In this document: positions 10,515 to 22,002 of the stretch, in pieces
How positions within the stretch are numbered: position 1 is the first letter of the stretch
Layout of the letters: every line of letters begins with the position of its first letter
Source: Entomortierella parvispora E1425
Lineage: Eukaryota > Fungi > Mortierellomycota
NCBI GenBank assembly: GCA_020891255.1
Contig: BQFW01000008.1
Coordinates: 1,116,001-1,180,000 of the forward strand
Direction of reading: 5' to 3'
Length of the DNA stretch: 64,000 nucleotides
Notes under the pieces: generated by a model
What the model saw: only the letters and a program-made list of their open reading frames with translations
The model's database searches: none
What the model was told of the DNA's origin: nothing
Translations under genes and position numbers: made by a program

Positions 10515-12640
10515 TCACTTGAGACGAATAGGACCTGCATGTCCTGATCCTGCAGGGTTCTCTCTTGGCATCGAGAGCCGAACATGATCCTTCTTATGGT
10601 CCGCCTTCAATGCAAGCTTCTGCCGATAGTACGCGGACGTGACCTGGACTTCCTGAATGACATTTACAAATGCAGAGATGGTCTCTCCGCCGTGAAAGAA
10701 TCCATAGACAAAAAGCAAGACCCAGGCAAATGTCAAAAAGCTGGCCCCAAGACCCGACCCAAAAATTGCCCATCGGAAAAGTCGCCATTGAGTGTCATCT
10801 CTGCGGTCAGCCAGCCAAAGAGCCGGTCCCGAAACTCCCAAAAGAAGGCCAATGGCAAGGGACACAAGCAGCGGAACCACAATGACCAAGATGGTTTGTG
10901 CCCTGGATTGGGCTCGAACGAGATGCTGTGCCAGGGTCACCTCGACCTGCTCAAAGAGATCACTCAGCTCCTCCAGCTCTAACGTTTCTGCATCCAGAGG
11001 GTGTCGCTGTGGTTCTCCAGATGATCCTGTCGCAGAGGTAGATGGCTTTGGTAGCGCTCTCTTTGCAAGAGCAGATACGGCAGCAGCAGCGGCAGCGTAG
11101 GTATTGTGCGCAATGTCTGTCGGATTATTACGAGGTCCACGTGCTGAAGAGTTGTCTTGACTGCCTGCAGCGTAGTGACTTGATCCTTTCTTCATGGCCT
11201 TGATGGAAAACACGGCATGGACCCCAAAGTGGTCACTGACATTTTTGGGTTCCGTCTGAGGATGTCGGCCAATTCCTAGGACGCCTTCTTTGAAGACAAC
11301 GTTGACTTCTCGGCACACAAAGGACTCTGGGGTTTGATTGTAAAACATGTAGTCCAATCGCTCCCCGATTGGATCCCGGGTCAGCTCATTGATCCAAGCC
11401 GCCTTGGGATCCATCCAACTGTTCAAAGGAGTATCACAGGTGATACCTAACAAAGCCTGGCCTTGCTCCGGGGTCAATCCTGCAGGGGTCGGGAGAAGCG
11501 CCAGGTCCTCTGTTGGGAGTGGGTGAAGTTGGTCCCAGCTGTCGGTCATACCGGCGTATCGCTTCAATAGACGAATCGCGAGACTGGAAGGCGAGCTGTT
11601 GAGGTCACCCATCTGAAGACACATACACAAAACAAAAAGAAGTCGTTGGTCAGATATGTACCGACTGTACGAACCATATAAAAGAGCATTCCTGACAACA
11701 AAAAGTGCTGGCAAAGGCCATCTGTAGGAGCTCTTGTTGTTGTTGTTGTTGTTTGTTTACAAGATAGAAGATTGCACATTGGCATTACAGTCAAAGAAAT
11801 AGCATCCCCTCGTTGTGGACAAGTCGAGAGAACAGAGAAATAAAAAAATAAAATAAACTTACGGCAAGGACATGCCGACCAAGGGCCTTGGATGTCCGAA
11901 GCATCCTGGCGATTTCCCACGCTTGAGACACTCGGGTGCCAAGATACCTGTCTACTGTCCCTATAGAGTCATATGCTGCATGCATCTATCAGATAGGGGG
12001 ACCCACAGACCTTGTTAGTAAAGGCCAAGGCAGAAAAAAAGAAAGAAAGAGAAACTTTTTCTTTGGGGTGAAGGGAATTCACCAACAGGGGATAGACTTT
12101 ACGTGCGTGTTAAAGACCTCAATCTCACCGACGACTGGATGCTCAATCACGCAGCTCGCACAGGACTTTCCATCGAACCAGTCTCCATGCAAGAACCAGT
12201 ACGGGTCTCCGTTCAACTTGAACCGGTTCAAGGATACGCTTTGAATCGGATACCTTGAAAGGACCACAAGTCCCGACCCAAAGAGTCCACTGGTCCAATG
12301 CTTTGCAAACGGTAGCACATCCTGCACAAGTTCCTGAATGATAAGAAAGTCGCTATGGTGCCAAACTTCCTGTAGTCCTACAACATCGTACTGTGAGCGG
12401 GGTTCCTGCTCGGGGTGCTCTGGGTCCACAGGAGGACCAGCCAAAAGTCGCCCAATAGCCTTGATGCGTCCAAGTCGGTCGTTTGAAAACTGAGAGAGGC
12501 CCCTACAAGTTTTTCCAAAAGTAAAGACGTGTATCGACTTTTTGAGTGCACAGTGGCAATGAGAGAGCCGAGAGGGGCCAGACTCTTGTCCTTTACCAGC
12601 AGTTCAAAGTCAAGACGGAGAGTAATGTTCCATCACTCAT
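10515..12640 (-). CDS. ISC1: Inositol phosphosphingolipid phospholipase C / neutral sphingomyelinase (EEP family)
   Basis: Exons 12640-12597, 12502-12103, 11985-11863 and 11612-10515. Motifs LTLNCWG, VVGLQEVW, GSGLVVLSRYPI, FNTH, MGDLNS, ERLDYMFY, SDHFGV, and two C-terminal TM helices. Confidence 0.92.
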
Positions 12641-12854
12641 GGTGCCTGTATGAAATGAGTTTGGTCCAAAGTGGAGACGGGTCCGTGGGAGTGTGAACGA
12701 AAAAGAGGGGGAATGGATTGGGAAGAAAGAGAGAAAAATGAGCCCAGGTCGTCATTTTGATTTAATGATGCATTTGGGAGAAGAATGTGTTTTCCGGTTT
12801 TTTATTTTGTGTCCGAACTCAATGCAACGGTGTCCAGCAGGCGAGTAAAATGTC

Positions 12855-15800
12855 CTAGATGCCTCCTCGACGCAAGCGTTCTAGCTCCCGTTTCAAAGCC
12901 TCGTTGTCTCTCCTCAGACTCTCGTTTTCGCGCAATACGAACTGCAGTTTGTCCCCTTGACCAAACTCTGACTTTGTCGAGGAGCCCAGGGTGGCCAGTG
13001 CAGTGCCTTCGTTCGCGTGACCAGTTTCCGAGTGGTTCTTACTGCTGCTCAAAGGCACTGTACTGGGGCTAGTCCCAGCTTTCAGTCCAAGACCAGCAAA
13101 GAGCTCCGTGAGGATCACGCGCTGTTGTTCATTTTGGCGGTAAAGCGTGTCCAAATGAGCTTCAACGACTGACGCTTGTCCTCGCGAAAGGGATCCCGAC
13201 GGTGAGGTGTTTGGGGTCGAGTTTGTTGAGCTACTTGGATCGATGACTTTATGAATACCATTAGTATACAGGGCAAGCAAACAAATCAAAGTCTGAAAAC
13301 GTGTTTGGCATTTTACCTGTAATAACTTCCGATGATTTGCCATCCATACTCAAAACCTGGAATCGACTCCGTTTATTTTGCGAAGAGGCGAGTGCACCAG
13401 CGGTAGTTGTGGAAGTGGTCGTTGGCTGCGGCTCGTGAAAAGGTTGACTCGCTTCTACGTTAAAGCGAGATACTCGAGTGGCAGAGCTATCCCTGGGAAG
13501 TGCAGCCTCTCCTTGGATCCTTGACTGTGAAGAGTCGCGTGCGGTAATCGTTGTTCCTGATAAAACTGGTGAGCTCACGCTTGTACTAGTTGCCGAAGGG
13601 GCAGGAGTAGCGAGCGGTTGTCCCACATGAGAGTGGTGCACTTCAAATCTAGATTTCCGTTCTACACCGTAGGCCAGGAGTGAAGGTTTGTAAGCTACAG
13701 TGCATATAGGGATCATCGATGACTAATTTGTATTCTTCTCACCTGAAGACGCAAGATCAAGTGGTAAGCCCATGTGGACGCCTTCGGCTCCTTCAACCGG
13801 GGACGAGGACAAACTCCGAGATGGCGACAGGAGAGAGTCGTTCGCCATAGCCCTGATACTGGAAGGCGAAGGCGATGTGATACTTAGTGTAGTGTCTTTC
13901 ACGCTGAAGCGGCCCTTCTTTACTTCTGGGGTGTTGCCTTCTGGTGCCGGGGAACCAGACGTTACTCCAAGTCCCTGAAGTCCCTGAAGTCCCTGAGCCG
14001 CGTTCACAGATCCTATTGAGACACCATTCGCTGAGAACGAGGGAGAGATGGCACCACTATGAGAAGGACTCATCTCTGCGCTATGGCTGGAAGGGGGGGA
14101 CGAGATGGAGGGACCCGCAGAGTCTTCCACGACAAAGCGAGATTTTCTGATTGGTTTCTCAGTGGCCGCACTGGGTGTTGGATTGACATGCGCTCCATTG
14201 CGAGAATCCTGTGGTATGGTCTCAATAAAGGCGGACTCTCCTGGAGGAACACCGGTCGAGGACATAGAGTCCGTGGTTGCAGTTGATACTGGTCTTTGCG
14301 TCGGCTCAAATGTAACTGTGCGGGGTCGACGAGTGGGTTCACTTTTTGGTGGCTCCGGAATAGGCGTGTCATCCGCATCAAAGTTCCATGAAACTCCTTT
14401 CTCTGGCATGGTAAACTTTTGCGTAGCCTCTATGGATATAGAGGTAAAATGTCAATATGAGGTCCATGCTCTTGTAAATACCTCTTTCTTAGTCTTATTC
14501 TTACTCTTTGGGGGTCTTTGTTCGAGGGGAGGCAGGTTCTGAAGCAATCCAGCAACAAGGTGCGATTTTTTCTTGGCTTGCTTGAAGAATGAGTGATTCA
14601 GCAGCTTTTCGGCCGAAGGTCTAACAAACAAGATGATCACAAATCGTGAGTACAATCATGAGTGATAATGCGTGCCTAGAAGAGCCTGAGCCTGAAAAAG
14701 AGCTGGATACCTTCTCGCAGGATCCTTTTGCAAACAACAATCAATCATCTCCTTCAGCAATTTTGAGTAGCGATGTTTCGTAGACTCTCGGTCCAAAGTT
14801 GGAGGGTCGTTAGAGAGCGTCAGCATGAGCACCTGCAAAGATCAAATTGGAGAGAGTGAGAGATCGCAACGAATTAGCGTTCGTTCTGCCCAACAGGAAT
14901 ACGTGGTTTGAGCATGCCATGTCTGAAGAATACCTTGATGGGTGGGTACTTTGCAAATGGGGCGTGACCAGTGGCAAGCTCAATCGCGGTGATACCGAAG
15001 CTCCAAATATCAGCCTTGTAGTCATATCCTGCCTGCTCCATGACTTCAGGCGCCATCCAACAAGGCGTCCCAACAAAAGTCTTTCGCATTCCACGTCTGT
15101 CTCCGTTTTCCATAAGTGACGACGAGACTCCAAAGTCGGCCAGCAGGACGGAGCCATCGTCGTCCATCAACAGATTCCCAGCCTTCACATCTCTATTAAA
15201 AGAACGCGACACAGAGCTTAGTGTCCGACTGAGGTCCGTGAGAGATCAACAGAGTTTTGACAAAATATTGATACACACCTATGAATATGCCCGTTTTTGT
15301 GAAGGTAGTCGAGTCCTTGCAAGGCCTGCTTTAAGATGGTGGCGATCGAGACTTCATCGAAGCCGTCGGGGTAGGCAGTCTTCATAATATCAAGGCACGA
15401 ACCTGGAGTTTTTCAAATGCGAGATCTCGGTCAGTCGGACAGTTGGCGTCATCTTTTTTCCCATTCTCCTTTTACACCCGTGCATGACTGAACTAAATCT
15501 CGAGGGAGCGTTTACCAGCGGAAAGATAGGGTGTAACAATGTACAGCTTGCTATCCATGACGAATGCCCCGTTGACGCGCAATACATTGGGGTGCTTGCA
15601 CAAGGCCATAACCTGAGTCTCGCGTCTGAGTTCATCAATCTGGTTGCGTTCAAACATGTCGAGGTCGATGACCTTGATCGCCACCCTCCTGTTCAGCGGC
15701 TTGTAGTATGCGTTGTAGACCACAGCGGACGAACCATAGCCTACAAACAGAAGAAAGCAAGTTTTGTCAGATGGACAAGTCGGATAAACCGAGGACGAGA

Positions 15801-16174
15801 GCCTCTCCTCTTATGTCCTCCTTCACCCTCCTCTCCCTGCAACGCCCCACAACGGCATGCAACAAGGGCCAGCCATAGGGCCAACACCCAGGCCGGCCTG
15901 CATGATTTGAGACAAGCAGGGGTAGAGACAAAGACAGGGCGGGGAGCAATGCGGTGAAGCTGAGACTGGGACTGGGGTGCACTGTACCGATGGGAAGGCG
16001 GATGTCGTAGTCTTCAGGGTTGTTGGAGAACGAGTCATCATGGACAGAGGACATGGGCGTAACGAGTCCGACGGGCGAAGTCGGCATGGTGCCGGATCCG
16101 CTGTGGATGCTGCTCGGTCGCTTGATGGAGCCCGAGGAGGAGTTGCGTTCCATTGGCACACGGTTCAGGTACAA
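12855..16174 (-). CDS. Ste20-family Ser/Thr kinase, OSR1/SPAK (Fray)-like, with a long tail and C-terminal coiled coil
   Basis: Spliced kinase motifs [70 protein letters not shown] and [11 protein letters not shown]. All introns are GT-AG and in phase. Start at 16174 or 16153. Confidence 0.92.
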
Positions 16175-17985
16175 TGTCGAACGGAGAGTGAAAAAAAAGA
16201 AGAGATGGACGACGAAAGGAAAGAAAGAAAGAAGTTACCGAGAAATGGAACAAGAAGAGATGGAAGGGAGGACAATGAATGTAATTCACACACAGCCGAC
16301 TAGAAGAAAGAAAGGAAGGATGATGAGAAAGAGAAAGAAGAGAAGGACAAGGAGAGGGAAGGACAAGGCAATGCAAAGGGAGAACGAAGATGAGAGAGGA
16401 TGGAAGAAAACGGTGGCGTTTCTATCTCTATTCTTTTCTGTCTTTTTCTCTCTTCTGTTCTCCTGTTCTCTCTCTTGTCTTTTGCTGTCCAGGAACAAGG
16501 GAGCACGGCCGAGCATGGACAGGGACAGGAGCAGGAGGGCAGCAGAGTGCAAGGGGACACGACCACCCATGTCGACTCACCGCCGTCCTCATTCCTCGAC
16601 CACACCACTTCCACTCGAATGCCCATGACACCGATGAGCCTCGACTGGACGGTCTCTCTCCCTTCACCGCTGACTACAGTCTGGTCCCTCTCGCCCTGGT
16701 TGCACAGACATGGACTCTATCAGCTGTCGAAAGTCTTAGACCGGAGCTTTTGCTTCGTGGCAGGCAAACCACAGCATGTCCTCGTTCCCACCTTGATCTG
16801 AACGCCGCCTGCACTGCTTCAAGGCGCTTGGCGGTGGTGCACATGCCCATTTGATCGCATGAAAAGGTGGCGTTGTCATCAAAACAAGCCCAGTCTGCGA
16901 CAAAGATCGACACACAAGACCTTGGTTTTGCAACCAAACTGCCTCCTGAGAATCAGCATCATGGTTTGGTGCTTCACATCCTTGAAAATCATCGGATAAC
17001 TGTTTGATGCCTCGTCAAAGCTTGGCTGTGCCCCGAGGTAGATATGGACATGTAAAGATGTCGTCAGGGATAGCGACCTGTGTTAACCACTGGTTCTAAT
17101 CATAACCAAAGTCCCTTGCAAAGTCGAGTCAACAACCTGGAGCCAGTATTTTTGAGAATCTGTCGAGAGGAGCACTCGGTGATTGCCACGGGCGATCTCT
17201 GTGGTTTGTACTCCTCGACAAGAATTAAAAGGATCATCCTCCGGTACAATGAAGATTGTGTTCTTGCGCCATGTGCATCGTATGCCAGACAATCAGTAAG
17301 ATTGTAGTTTCCAAAAAAAAAAAAAAAAAAAAAAGATCGCGCTATACCATCTCTGGCTCTGGTCAGAGACCAAGCGAGTCCTTCATTTCAAAGGCGGAGG
17401 TAGAGGTCCATGCCTTTACCAGGATTCTATCGCCCCTGGGATAAACCATTGAAAGACGTTTGTCCAGTGTCGCGAACTTTTTTTTCTTTGATATTTTCAC
17501 GGAGTTCCATGTAGTCTCCCCAGGATAACACCTGACCAGCTTTTTGATTCCAAAAAGGTGGCCGCATGGCCCTCAGTTGGTACTGACAACAAATGGAATG
17601 AGAAGAAGGAGGGATCTTGGTTGCCCTAAAGAGAGATGTTTTCCACCGGACATGTTGGTGTCTGCACGAGCGTATCAATGAAAGAAAGTGAATGAGAATG
17701 GATTGAATGCAAGGCGACAGGAGACATTTAGATAGTGAGCTCAACCTTTTGAAGCAGGATTGCGACTATAGGGACAGTGATCGCAACGACCTTCAAGACC
17801 AAAGACAGGCATAGCGTGGTGGAGGTCGCAGTGATGCTTGGATCCCATCGCGTCAGGGTCGCGTCTTGGATCGCGTTCTGACAGGGAAAGAGCCACGCAT
17901 CGACACAGACACAGTGGCAGCGGTGAGCGGTGTTGCTTCTGCTGATCGCAGTTGATGGCCACGAGCCGCGCCACGGGGGATGCAC

Positions 17986-18010
<25 letters not shown>
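17986..18010 (+). repeat. (GA)n microsatellite
   Basis: Uninterrupted GA run in the kinase/importin divergent intergenic region. Confidence 0.9.
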
Positions 18011-18016
<6 letters not shown>

Positions 18017-18090
18017 GGTCGAGCGGAGGCGGCTGTGCCAAGCGCGACACGATGGCGCGGTGGATCGTGACACGGGCAAAAGCCCCGCCA

Positions 18091-18136
18091 CAGGACAGGA
18101 CAGGGCAGGACAGGGCAGGACAGGGCAGGACAGGAC
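18091..18136 (+). repeat. Pentanucleotide repeat (CAGGA/CAGGG)n
   Basis: caggacaggacagggcaggacagggcaggacagggcaggacaggac. Confidence 0.85.
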
Positions 18137-18339
18137 TGGTGACCGCAGACCGACTTTTTTTTTCTCTTCAATTTTTCATTCGCTTTTGGCGCCTCTCTTT
18201 CCTTTTCTCTCTTCTCTCTTTTCTCTTTTCTCTCCTCTCCATCTCTTCAAGCAAGGACCACGAACGACAACCGACCTGATTAGCTGTTTGACCGTGAACC
18301 CCCTTCCTTCTTTTCACCACCGCTCATTCCCACCTCATC

Positions 18340-20413
18340 ATGTCTGTCCCCGAACACCGATCCCAGAACTTCAAGGCCAAGACTGCCTTCAAGCCCGAGG
18401 AGCTTAGACGCAACCGCAACGAACTCAATGTCGAGCTCCGCAAGCAAAAGCGCGAGGAGAATCTCTCCAAGCGTCGTAATCTTGCCATCGCCGCCGAGTC
18501 GGACGATTCTGAAGACGAGAGCGTTTCTGCTGCTAACCTCGAGGTAAGCCAGCTCGACTACTCGGCACACTGATCTCTGGTTTCTATTCAAAAGACAATT
18601 CCATGGAGACAGGATGACAATGACCACGCAATGAACTATCCAAACACGAGGAATCCAGTCTGCAGGGTGGACAGATTGAACATGGGGCGATGCTAGCGTG
18701 GACCATACATGCTGACAGTCGAACCTTTGTTTTTTTTTTTTTTTTTTTTTTTTGAACAGTTCCATGAGCAACTCCCTGCCATGATCCAGGGAGTCATGTC
18801 AGACAACCCCAATGACCAAATCGCCGCCACGATCCGCTTCCGAAAGCTCCTCTCCAAGGAGCGTAATCCCCCTATTGACGAAGTTATCCGCTGTGGAGTT
18901 GTTCCTCGCTTCGTAGAGTTTTTGTCTGCCCCACATGTCCAGGTACGTTGCGTCCATATTGTGTTAGCTTTTCCAGGCGGACTTCGAGTTTTTAAATGAT
19001 TCTTACATTCCTGCCTTCGTCTCACAAGTAGTTTGAAGCCGCATGGGCGTTGACTAACATTGCGTCAGGAACCTCAGCACAAACTCAGTATGTCATCGAG
19101 TGTGGGGCTGTCCCACTCTTTGTGGAGCTGATGAGCAGCCCGACGCCTGAAGTCAAGGAGCAGGTAAAATCCAGGGGGGATCACACATCACATGGACATA
19201 TTTTACAAGTGCTCTATACTGACACACGTCGTCGTCGTGATATTATCTAGGCTGTGTGGGCCTTGGGCAACATTGCTGGAGACAGCCCACGATTCCGTGA
19301 CATTGTTCTTCGTTCCAACGCGTTGGCACCTCTTTTGGCTCTTCTCAACGACAACATTGACATTTCTATGCTCAGGAACGCCACCTGGACTCTTTCCAAC
19401 TTTTGCAGAGGAAAGAACCCTCCTCCAGAATGGAGCATGGTACGTTGAGATGGCACGTTGTAGTTCATTTTCACGATGAACGCTACTACAGAATGATATG
19501 TGCTAATAGTTTTCGATGTCTCTAGATTGTGCCTGCCCTCGGCGTGCTTTCAAAGCTTATCCACACGAACGACGACGAAGTATTGATTGATGCCTGCTGG
19601 GCATTGTCCTACCTCTCCGATGGCGCAAATGAAAAGATCCAGGCTGTCATTGAGTCGGGCGCCTGTCGTCGACTCGTGGAGCTTTTGACTCACAACATGG
19701 CATCCGTCCAAACTCCTGCCCTCCGCACTGTTGGAAACATCGTCACAGGCGACGATGTCCAAACTCAGGTTATTATCAACTGTGGAGCCCTGCAGGCTCT
19801 ATTGACCCTCCTTTCCAGTCCCAAGGATAACATCCGCAAGGAGGCATGCTGGACTATTTCCAATATTACTGCAGGAACATGCGTCCAGATCCAGGGTGTG
19901 ATCGAGGCCAACCTTTTCCCTCCTCTGATCAACATTTTGCAAAACGCAGATTTCAAGTCCAAGAAGGAGGCCTGCTGGGCTATTTCAAACGCCACTTCTG
20001 GTGGGCTGAACAAGCCTGATCAAATCAAGTATCTTGTTTCTCAAGGCTGCATCAAGCCACTGTGCGACATTTTGATCTGCATGGACAACAAGATTATTCA
20101 GGTGGCGCTGGATGGCCTGGAGAACATTTTGAAGGTTGGCGAGATGGAGAAGGAATTTACAAACGGAGTCAACCAGTATGGAACCTTTATCGAGGATTGT
20201 GGCGGCATGGAAAAGATCCACAACCTGCAAGCTCACGACAACGTCGATATCTACAGAAAGGCCTATTCTATGATTGACACCTACTTTGCAGATGAGGACG
20301 ACGACGTCGAAGATTTGGCCCCTCAGGTCGATAACCAGACTGGCGCCTTTACCTTCCAATCCGCAGAAGCACCCCAGAGTGGATTCCATTTCGACCCCAG
20401 TGCCATGCAGTAA
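18340..20413 (+). CDS. SRP1: Importin alpha (karyopherin alpha)
   Basis: Exons 18340-18543, 18760-18942, 19032-19163, 19251-19439 and 19526-20413. IBB domain ([23 protein letters not shown]) and ARM repeats ([37 protein letters not shown]). Confidence 0.97.
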
Positions 20414-20583
20414 AAAAAGAACGCTAATATTGATTAGTCTAATAAAACACAAGAAATTTGATTGACAAACATCCACATCGTCATGTTAAAATGGAGACAC
20501 AGCAGCACCACCATGCGATTTTAGAGCGCTGTGCAAAACACGGACAGCGCTCTACTCATGAATGATTGGAATATTATATAAGT

Positions 20584-21872
20584 TTATTTGCGCCCAGCGC
20601 CATTCTGACGACGGCCCTTACCAGGGCGTTGTTTGGCTCCACCCTTGGCACCACCTTTAGACGCCTTATGTCCAGCTTTGAAAGATGTAGACTTGTTGCG
20701 CTTGACGTTGAACCCAGATACATCCGCAGAGCTGTTGGCGTCGTTGCTCTTTCCAAATCTCTTTTTGCCTCCGAATCCAAACTTTTGATCCTTCTTCATA
20801 CGTTTGCCTCGGGATTCTGTCGTCGAGGAGGATCCTGCAGGTCGTTTACCATGCTGGTTCTTGCCTCCCTTGCCCGCCGTCTTGTAGGCTTTCATCTCAT
20901 CATCGTCACTGGCCAAGGCTACATCAAACTCGTCATCGGCATTGCCTGCGCTATCGCCGCCTTGACGTTCTGTTCATGAGTATAAAAAAAAAAAAGAAAA
21001 AAAAAAAAGGTTAATTGATCAGGCCCACGAATCAAAAGAGCCTCCCTCAGCATTGGGCGCAAGACCCAAGAACACCATGAATGAAAAAAGGACGTACTTT
21101 TCTTGAGTGTCTGAATCTTGTCCAAAGCATCAGCCTTGGCCTTCTCTCTCTCGAGTCTCTTCTCGGTCTGGACCTTCTTTCCAAACTTTTTCAATTCTCT
21201 TTGAGCCTTGGCCCTTTCACTGGCCTGGATCGACGCGTTCTCATCCAGCAGCTTTTGGCGAATCTTGGCCATATGGTCGTCCGTCTTGATCATCTCGGCG
21301 AAATAATCTCCAGGTCTCTCAAAGACGCCTCCTTCCTTCTTTATCCTGTCTCGTCCCTGGACGGCAGCCTCCAAGGCTTGGTTATAGAATGCGACTTCAC
21401 GGTTCAGATCGTCATCGGGATCAACCACATGGACAGGTACAGAGGATGTAATGGACTGGGTCTCGGACCAAGGAATGTCGGTAGGGAGAGCAATCTGTTC
21501 GCAGAGACGTCTCAAGGCAGGCTAGGTTATCGCAGAGGTCAAAGGGACGTGTCAATTGGCGCGAAGAGTAAATAAAGGACGAGTCATCATCCCTCCTTCC
21601 TGAATCCATATTTCACGAGCAACAGTTGCATCTGAGCCACGACAGCAATCGACTTCTATTCCCTTATTGTCCGTAGTAAGAGGCGATCTAGCGTCCATGA
21701 CTTGGATCAAGAAAGGAGTAGCACCGGAAAGTACCTCATTGTTGACAGTGACTTTTTGTTTGGTAAAGATATCGGCGGAACCATCCTCGTTGTCGGAAAG
21801 CATCTCAGTATCAGATCCCTCAAGGTCCTCAAGGGTAAGTTGCTGCTCGTTTTCGCTGTCTGAATCGGACAT
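20584..21872 (-). CDS. EBP2: rRNA-processing protein EBP2
   Basis: Exons 21872-21735, 21521-21098 and 20969-20584. Motifs DDDLNREVAFYNQAL, FERPGDYFAEMIKTDDHM, KKFGKKVQ, KFGFGGKKR and RPGKGRR. Confidence 0.95.
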
Positions 21873-22002
21873 TATGAAGTAAATGTGTCGTGCGAGTTCT
21901 TTGCTGATGGTTGAATGAACAAAGGCAGGTCTTTTTTTTTTCTTTTTCTTTTTTTTTAAATGATTTGTGACTGGCATTGCTACATGATTTAAGGGTCCCT
22001 TC

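Noticed and set aside
16020-16854. Lys/Arg/Glu-rich and Leu/Ser/Phe-rich ORFs here and in similar intergenic tracts
   Set aside because: They are translations of purine/pyrimidine-skewed UTR and promoter sequence, which lacks stop codons by composition.
16880-17744. Short ORFs in the kinase-importin intergenic region as a transposon remnant
   Set aside because: No transposase, RT or integrase motifs and no inverted or direct terminal repeats are seen.
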